Shown here: positions 26,980-32,576 of the stretch, piece after piece
How positions within the stretch are numbered: the stretch's first letter is position 1
Layout of the letters: the number at the start of each line of letters is the position of its first letter
Assembly: GCA_016934535.1 (NCBI GenBank)
Contig: JAFGSQ010000061.1
Location: 1-32,576, forward strand
Direction of reading: 5' to 3'
DNA length: 32,576 bases
From: a candidate division WOR-3 bacterium
Lineage (GTDB): Bacteria; SDB-A
Notes under the pieces: model-generated
What the model was told of the DNA's origin: nothing
Database searches by the model: none
The model's input: the letters and a program-made list of their open reading frames with translations, nothing else
Made by a program: the position numbers and the translations under genes

Positions 26980-28602
26980 TTAAAAAATCATTACGCTTTT
27001 TGTCTGAGAACCTTCCCTCGTAGTCGCTGTGACGAAATACCTGCCCGAAGACGGAGTTTCCCACAAGAAAGAGTGATCGCCGCTTGAAAGAGAGCCGGAG
27101 AAAATAGAGCCGGATTTTCTTCCCAAAATGTCAAAAACCGAGATGTCGACATTTGCAGGCGCGGAAAGTGAAAAACTCACGAGAATGTTCCCTTCTCCTC
27201 CCTGGATGTTCAAGGCGTCAAAGTAAGTGACAGAAGGAGTCTCTTCGACGGAGTTGGGGTTGGCGAAACAGTCAAACCAGATGTTGTCTGAACCAAATCC
27301 CCTGTAAACTATAGCTCTTCCAGAACTAATTACTGTGCCCTGAGGGGTTATCTCCCCCGTAGCGTCGTGATCGTTGGGGACGACTCTGCTTCCCCAGCCT
27401 GTTCCCGTGTAATATGCGACAACTAGCGAATCATAAGTTCCGACTAAAGTCGCCATACCGCACATTTCGGTGGAAACTCCTCCCAACCAGCCAGCCCTGA
27501 CATAAGGTCTCACTGCTTGAAAATCTCCCGTCATCTCCCAGGTCTGGCTCAAAACAGAATTCTGCCAACCGTCTGTGCTGGAAGAGTATTTGACTCTTGC
27601 GGAAGTTCCAGTCCCCTCCTGCCAGAATACCATGACATGATTGGCTGGATATGTCGTCCTGTAGGAAGCCACGCTGATGTAATTTCTTGTTGCGAGAACG
27701 TTTTCAGCCGCGTAAAACCAATCCCCGCCGCTTACCAGGTTTCTTCTGTACATCCTGATTCTTCCGTTGCCGGTAGTGTTGTTGTAAACTGTAATAGTGT
27801 AGAGATAGTCGTCGGCAATAGCCACGTAGGCGTCTCTCGCTATCGAAGTTGTTGAATGGTTTCCCGAAGTCCAGTTGGCGCCTCCGTCGGAAGACCATGT
27901 ATAGCTCCATGCGTAATTAGTGGCGTCGGTCTGTCGGCTCATACCGCACCAGATGTAAGGAGATGCGGCGCTGTTGATGTCGAAAGACATGTCGACGACG
28001 TTCTGATAGGCGGCCGTTGCGGGGTTGAATTGAGTCGCGTCCAAAATACCGGTAGTCTGGTGGTAAATCATGAACCAGAGCTGTTTTTCAGCCAAAGTTT
28101 TGTTTGTGTCGCATAAAATGATGTATATATCTGGGTCGGTTACCGCGTGGTTCACCCTAATATCGAAATCGTCGAATTCCATGCTGTAACTATTGTTAAA
28201 GAGATTGTAAACGAGGCTCCAAGTAAGGCCGTTGTCCGTGGATTTGTAGATTTTTAAGCTGTCGTGATCAGCATGTTTGTCAATTGAGGCGACATATATG
28301 TTGTTGTTCATGTCGTAGTCCATTGAAATCACGGATTGAGATGTTAAATTCCATTGGTCTGAAACGAGGATGTCATTTCCCCAAAGAGGAGCGTACGAAC
28401 CGGGAGATCCTTCCCTTTCTGCCGGCTGTTCCGGAGGGAAAAAAGCGGGTCCGGAATTACAATTCTCAAAATCGGCCGGATCCATGTCGTCCTGAGATTC
28501 GACTGAATTGGCCGTTCTTTCTACTGCGTTGGGTCCCCAGCTTGACATTGCGAATGCCGAGCCGGCAAGAACCGTCAGAAAAATTACTAGTGCTGTTTTC
28601 AT
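26980..28602 (-). CDS. Secreted Asp-box/BNR repeat protein with T9SS-type CTD; paralog of 1554-3158
   Basis: Signal peptide; KSTDNGLTW, SSDGGANW; colinear similarity to 1554-3158; SVEE linker and FDILGR...SGRYF; SD aaggag. Confidence 0.85.
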   Translation of the reverse strand: MKTALVIFLTVLAGSAFAMSSWGPNAVERTANSVESQDDMDPADFENCNSGPAFFPPEQPAEREGSPGSYAPLWGNDILVSDQWNLTSQSVISMDYDMNNNIYVASIDKHADHDSLKIYKSTDNGLTWSLVYNLFNNSYSMEFDDFDIRVNHAVTDPDIYIILCDTNKTLAEKQLWFMIYHQTTGILDATQFNPATAAYQNVVDMSFDINSAASPYIWCGMSRQTDATNYAWSYTWSSDGGANWTSGNHSTTSIARDAYVAIADDYLYTITVYNNTTGNGRIRMYRRNLVSGGDWFYAAENVLATRNYISVASYRTTYPANHVMVFWQEGTGTSARVKYSSSTDGWQNSVLSQTWEMTGDFQAVRPYVRAGWLGGVSTEMCGMATLVGTYDSLVVAYYTGTGWGSRVVPNDHDATGEITPQGTVISSGRAIVYRGFGSDNIWFDCFANPNSVEETPSVTYFDALNIQGGEGNILVSFSLSAPANVDISVFDILGRKSGSIFSGSLSSGDHSFLWETPSSGRYFVTATTREGSQTKSVMIF

Positions 28603-28745
28603 TTTCTTCTCCTTTCGTTTTTTAAAGATTATACACGATCGGGTATTAAAAAATCATTAAATAGAGGTTAAGTTCAAAAATTATAAAAGGTCCGGAATAA
28701 AACATTTCTGCTACAAGTAAACTATGTGAAACACGGAGGTGAGAG

Positions 28746-29393
28746 ATGAAAAGAAGAACATTCGACACTAAAGGACCGATGAGAATCGGCATCGCCATGG
28801 CCTTGCTTTTGCATGTAGTCGCTTTTATGACCATCCCTGAACCGGAAATTCCCGTTTACAAACCTCTGGATTCGAGAGAAAGGGAAACAATACAAGCCAA
28901 CATAAATGTGGGGATCGATTTCAGGACGGTCGAAGACGTGGTCAGAATTATCGAAAACCAGAATGTCATAGAGATTCCCAAGCAGGACGGGGGTGAGATA
29001 ATCATCTCGGATAAAGGCGACACCCTTCTCGGAAACATAACGGATTCCGTTTTTCTTATAGACACGGTTTCGCTTATACCTGAAGACACGTCGGATACAG
29101 GGTCAGAGTACGTGATGTCGTACGAGATACCACCGAGACCTGTAAAACTTCAGGAACCGGCCTATCCTTCAGCGGCTCTGAACGGGGGGCTTGAGGGAAC
29201 AGTCGTTTTGATGCTTTACGTAGATATCGACGGAACCGTTACGAAAGCCGAAGTTATAAATTCGACCAATCCTCTGTTCGATCAGAGCGCAGTTGACGCC
29301 GGGCTGAAGTGCGTTTTCAAACCGGCAGAGAGCGCCGGCAGACCAGTGAGGGTAAAGCTCGTTTTTCCGGTGAATTTCAAGCTTAACGGGTGA
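28746..29393 (+). CDS. tonB: Energy transducer TonB family protein
   Basis: N-terminal TM with LLLH; C-terminal YPSAA...LEGTVVL...VDIDGTV...FKPA...PVNFKL; SD ggagg. Confidence 0.88.
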   Translation: MKRRTFDTKGPMRIGIAMALLLHVVAFMTIPEPEIPVYKPLDSRERETIQANINVGIDFRTVEDVVRIIENQNVIEIPKQDGGEIIISDKGDTLLGNITDSVFLIDTVSLIPEDTSDTGSEYVMSYEIPPRPVKLQEPAYPSAALNGGLEGTVVLMLYVDIDGTVTKAEVINSTNPLFDQSAVDAGLKCVFKPAESAGRPVRVKLVFPVNFKLNG

Positions 29394-29413
29394 AAGGGTG
29401 AAGGCGGTACAAA

Positions 29414-29440
29414 GCGGCGTTTTTCTTTGAAAAGCGCCGC
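29414..29440. terminator. Terminator-like hairpin after tonB
   Basis: gcggcgtttttc-ttt-gaaaagcgccgc, 12-bp stem with one wobble pair. Confidence 0.55.
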
Positions 29441-29547
29441 TCTGGTATTTCTGTCCTCAATTAGTCCAATGAGTCTCCTTAAAATAATGAGTTGACTTTT
29501 ATCCGGGTCTAAAATTAAAGTTCTAATTCAATATAAATCCTGAAAAA

Positions 29548-32500
29548 ATGACGATAAAAGAAAACATTCTCATATCAGTCGCCGAGAAAATCGAAAAAGA
29601 CTGTCCTCTGTCTGTGAACAGGTTGAGCGCTTCGGAGCTCGCGCTCGTTCTATGCAGTCTTCACTTTTATCACAAAAAAAGCATTTTTGCTTTTCTCGAC
29701 GACGAAAAAGAGATCGAAAAAATATCTTCAGACATTTTTGTCATGTCAGGCGTTTTGCCTAAGACTTTACCCAGGTGGGACAAAGCTTTACCGGGTGAGT
29801 TTTCACCTTCACCGGACATAGTGAGGAGAAGGATGGATTTTCTGCTGAGCGCCGGAAGGGGAAAAAACGGTATTTATATTGCCGGAACAGATTCTCTGAC
29901 CGAGAAAGTCCCTTCTCCGAAAAGGCTTGAATCGTTCTCTTTGAAAATTGAACTTGGATCTGGTATTGACACTGAAAAAACGGCTCTGCTGCTTACAAAT
30001 GCCGGATACAACGCTGAAACAAACGCAATAAATCCGGGGGAATTTTCTATGAGAGGCGGAATTATAGACGTTTTTTCTCAGGGAGAGGAATATCCGGCGA
30101 GGATCGAACTTTTCGGCGACAAGATAGACGATTTGCGTGTTTACGATCCATCTAACCAGCGGAGCGTCAGAAAGATAACGACTTACAACATAATTCCAGC
30201 CAGGGAAATACTTTTAGACGACGAAGAAACAGCCGAGTTTCGAAATAAATTCCCTGAATTTCCGGATCCTTTCGCTTTGGGCTGTGAAGCCATTGCCAAA
30301 GAGCTGAGAAATGACGACGTACAGCTTGAAAGCGTTTTTCACAATGGTTTATTATTCTCGGAATCAGCGGAAATAACCGGCGCAAGGAAAATCAACTGGG
30401 GTGACGGTGTGACAACTCCTGTCGATTTCAGTTTTGAAGACATGGATAAAGAAGGGATTGCCGGGGATTTCAAAAATTACACGGTCAGATTTTTCGTCAA
30501 ATCCCAGTCCCTGTCAAAAAAACTTGGCAAATATTTCCCCGACGCAGATTTTGTGGGAAAACCGCTGAGTTCGGGTTTTTTGCTCGAATGCGCGAAACAG
30601 ATTTTTATCACTGAAAAGGAGCTTTTCGGAATTGAACCGAGACTGATAACTCAAAAAGAAAGAGAGCATTATTTTGTAAGAGATGAGATAGAATTCCTTC
30701 CTGTCGGAACATACGTAGTACACGAGCAGTCCGGGGTCGGCAGATACAAAGGCGTCAAAGTGATTGATCACGGCGGGCAAAAGACGGAATACTTGATGCT
30801 CGAATACGCGGACGAAGCTATTTTATATCTGCCCGTTCACAAGCTCCACCTCCTGACAAGATATATAGGGCCAAAGGATTCAGCTGTGCCCCAACTTAGC
30901 AGTCTCGGCTCGCTCAAATGGCTTCAAAAAAAACAGAAAGCAAAAAAAATCATTTGGGACATGACTATTGAACTGGCTCAGCATTACGCTCTCAGAAAAG
31001 CGGCCACAGCGCCTGCCATAGAGATAGACGATGAATTAGCGAGGTCTCTGTCTTCGAGCTTTGAATTTGAAGAAACCCCGGATCAGCTCAAAGCCATAGA
31101 AGATGTTTATTCGGATCTGATAGTCCCGAAACCGATGGACAGACTGATCTGCGGAGAAGTCGGATTCGGCAAAACCGAAGTCGCTGTAAGAGCTTCGATG
31201 AAAGCCGCCAACAGCGGATATCAGACCGCAGTCCTCGTACCGACTACAGTCCTTTGCCGTCAGCATTTCGATGTTTTCAAGAGGAGGCTTGCTGATTACC
31301 CGATGAAAATTGAAATGCTCAGCAGGTTTGTCAGCCGAGAAGGGGCGAAAAAAACAATTGAAAACATCTCTTCCGGCAAAACAGATGTTGTAATCGGAAC
31401 ACACAGATTACTTTCTCAAGACATCAAATTCAGAAACCTTGGCCTGCTTATAATTGACGAGGAGCACAAGTTCGGAGTCAAACAGAAAGAAAAACTGAGA
31501 AAGCTCAAAAAAAACGTCAACACGCTCATGATGAGCGCAACTCCTATTCCGAGAACTCTGCACATGTCCCTTTGGAATCTCATGGACGTCAGTCAGATAA
31601 GGACTGCTCCTCCGGGCAGATTTCCCATCGAAACATCTGTCATACCTTTTTCTGAAAAAGTTGTAAAGGACGCGGTTTATTTCGAGATAAGCAGGGGAGG
31701 ACAGGTTTTTTTCCTTCACAACAGGATAGACAGTCTTCAGGCAGTCGAAGCTTACTTGAGAAGAATATTGCCGGATGTGAGCATGAAATGCTGTCACGGA
31801 AGGATGTCGAGCGGACAGATAGAAAAAATCATGGTCGAGTTTTATGATCACGAATTCGACGTTCTGATATCTACGACCATTATAGAATCCGGACTCGATA
31901 TAAGAAACGCCAATACGCTGATTGTTGACAGGGCGGACACTCTTGGTCTCGCTCAGCTTCATCAGATTAGGGGCAGAATAGGGAGGGGAGACGTCAGGGC
32001 TTACTGTTATTTTATGATACCGAGAAAAGGACCTAAAACTGACAGCGGAAAAGAAAGACTGAAGGCTATAAGGTCGTATGCGAGGCTCGGTGCCGGCTAC
32101 CAGCTCGCAATGCACGACATGAAGATAAGAGGGGCAGGGAACCTTCTTGGCAGTCAGCAGTCAGGGTACGATTTTGACATAGGATACGAATTATACATGA
32201 AGTATCTTGAAGAGGCTGTGGAAAAGATCAAGGCCGAAAAGGGCGAACAGGAAGAAATTGAACACGACGTGCTGACCGACTTCGCTTACTACATTCCTCC
32301 CGAATTCGTTCAGGACGCGCAGGAAAGAGTCTATCTCTACAGGAGAATAGCAGGATCGAGCCTTGACGAGCTTTCTGATATTGAAGCTGAAATTAAAGAC
32401 AGATACGGCGCTTTACCGGAAAACGCGATCAGATTTTTCGAAGTGGCGAAGCTTTACAGGACTGTAAAAGAAAGCTGTATTGCATCACTGACACTGACGG

Positions 32501-32576
32501 AAAGCCTCAAAATTCAATTTGCAAAGGATCCGGAAAGGTGGTATATTGAAAAACTTGTCTTGAACATGCCGGAAAA
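29548..32576 (+). CDS. mfd: Transcription-repair coupling factor (3' end outside the window)
   Basis: Missing from the ORF track because it has no stop in the window. Reading from ATG 29548 gives RGGIIDVF, PARIELFGD, VVHEQSGVGRY, DRLICGEVGFGKTEVA, IDEEHKFGV, MSATPIPRTL, QLHQIRGRIGR, DMKIRGAGNLLG. Confidence 0.96.
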   Translation, partial: MTIKENILISVAEKIEKDCPLSVNRLSASELALVLCSLHFYHKKSIFAFLDDEKEIEKISSDIFVMSGVLPKTLPRWDKALPGEFSPSPDIVRRRMDFLLSAGRGKNGIYIAGTDSLTEKVPSPKRLESFSLKIELGSGIDTEKTALLLTNAGYNAETNAINPGEFSMRGGIIDVFSQGEEYPARIELFGDKIDDLRVYDPSNQRSVRKITTYNIIPAREILLDDEETAEFRNKFPEFPDPFALGCEAIAKELRNDDVQLESVFHNGLLFSESAEITGARKINWGDGVTTPVDFSFEDMDKEGIAGDFKNYTVRFFVKSQSLSKKLGKYFPDADFVGKPLSSGFLLECAKQIFITEKELFGIEPRLITQKEREHYFVRDEIEFLPVGTYVVHEQSGVGRYKGVKVIDHGGQKTEYLMLEYADEAILYLPVHKLHLLTRYIGPKDSAVPQLSSLGSLKWLQKKQKAKKIIWDMTIELAQHYALRKAATAPAIEIDDELARSLSSSFEFEETPDQLKAIEDVYSDLIVPKPMDRLICGEVGFGKTEVAVRASMKAANSGYQTAVLVPTTVLCRQHFDVFKRRLADYPMKIEMLSRFVSREGAKKTIENISSGKTDVVIGTHRLLSQDIKFRNLGLLIIDEEHKFGVKQKEKLRKLKKNVNTLMMSATPIPRTLHMSLWNLMDVSQIRTAPPGRFPIETSVIPFSEKVVKDAVYFEISRGGQVFFLHNRIDSLQAVEAYLRRILPDVSMKCCHGRMSSGQIEKIMVEFYDHEFDVLISTTIIESGLDIRNANTLIVDRADTLGLAQLHQIRGRIGRGDVRAYCYFMIPRKGPKTDSGKERLKAIRSYARLGAGYQLAMHDMKIRGAGNLLGSQQSGYDFDIGYELYMKYLEEAVEKIKAEKGEQEEIEHDVLTDFAYYIPPEFVQDAQERVYLYRRIAGSSLDELSDIEAEIKDRYGALPENAIRFFEVAKLYRTVKESCIASLTLTESLKIQFAKDPERWYIEKLVLNMPE

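Noticed and set aside
30167-32115. Minus-strand ORFs at 30167-30385, 30514-30780, 31036-31404 and 31408-32115
   Set aside because: They are antisense shadows of mfd, which occupies the plus strand from 29548 to the window end.

Overview
A 32.6 kb chromosomal window from an anaerobic diderm bacterium. Strong GGAGG ribosome-binding sites together with T9SS-type C-terminal domains after a 'VEE' linker suggest a non-Bacteroidota lineage such as WOR-3 (inference). The left third is accessory-like: a Fic protein, a secreted Asp-box protein, Kbp/LysM, DUF937, an FG-GAP protein, an AT-rich GT-C-like membrane gene and tRNA-Asp. It is followed by hemW, a C45 Ntn-hydrolase, an FGE-domain protein and an oxidative-stress/iron operon (flavin reductase-rubredoxin, desulfoferrodoxin, ferritin, SufC/SufB-like minimal Fe-S system). 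The right part holds DUF3160, PAP2, a tungsten-type aldehyde:ferredoxin oxidoreductase operon with ppnP-thiF-thiS, two more secreted CTD proteins, tonB and a partial mfd. The most unusual signal is non-coding. Three intergenic loci (about 20-265, 3260-3590 and 8300-8450) are built from a conserved CACGAA core. The cores are either 10 bp apart or separated by mostly different perfect or near-perfect hairpins, usually 31-33 or 41-42 bp apart. At two loci, inverted TTCGTG cores downstream would let one strand fold into a branched junction. No cognate enzyme gene is visible in the window.
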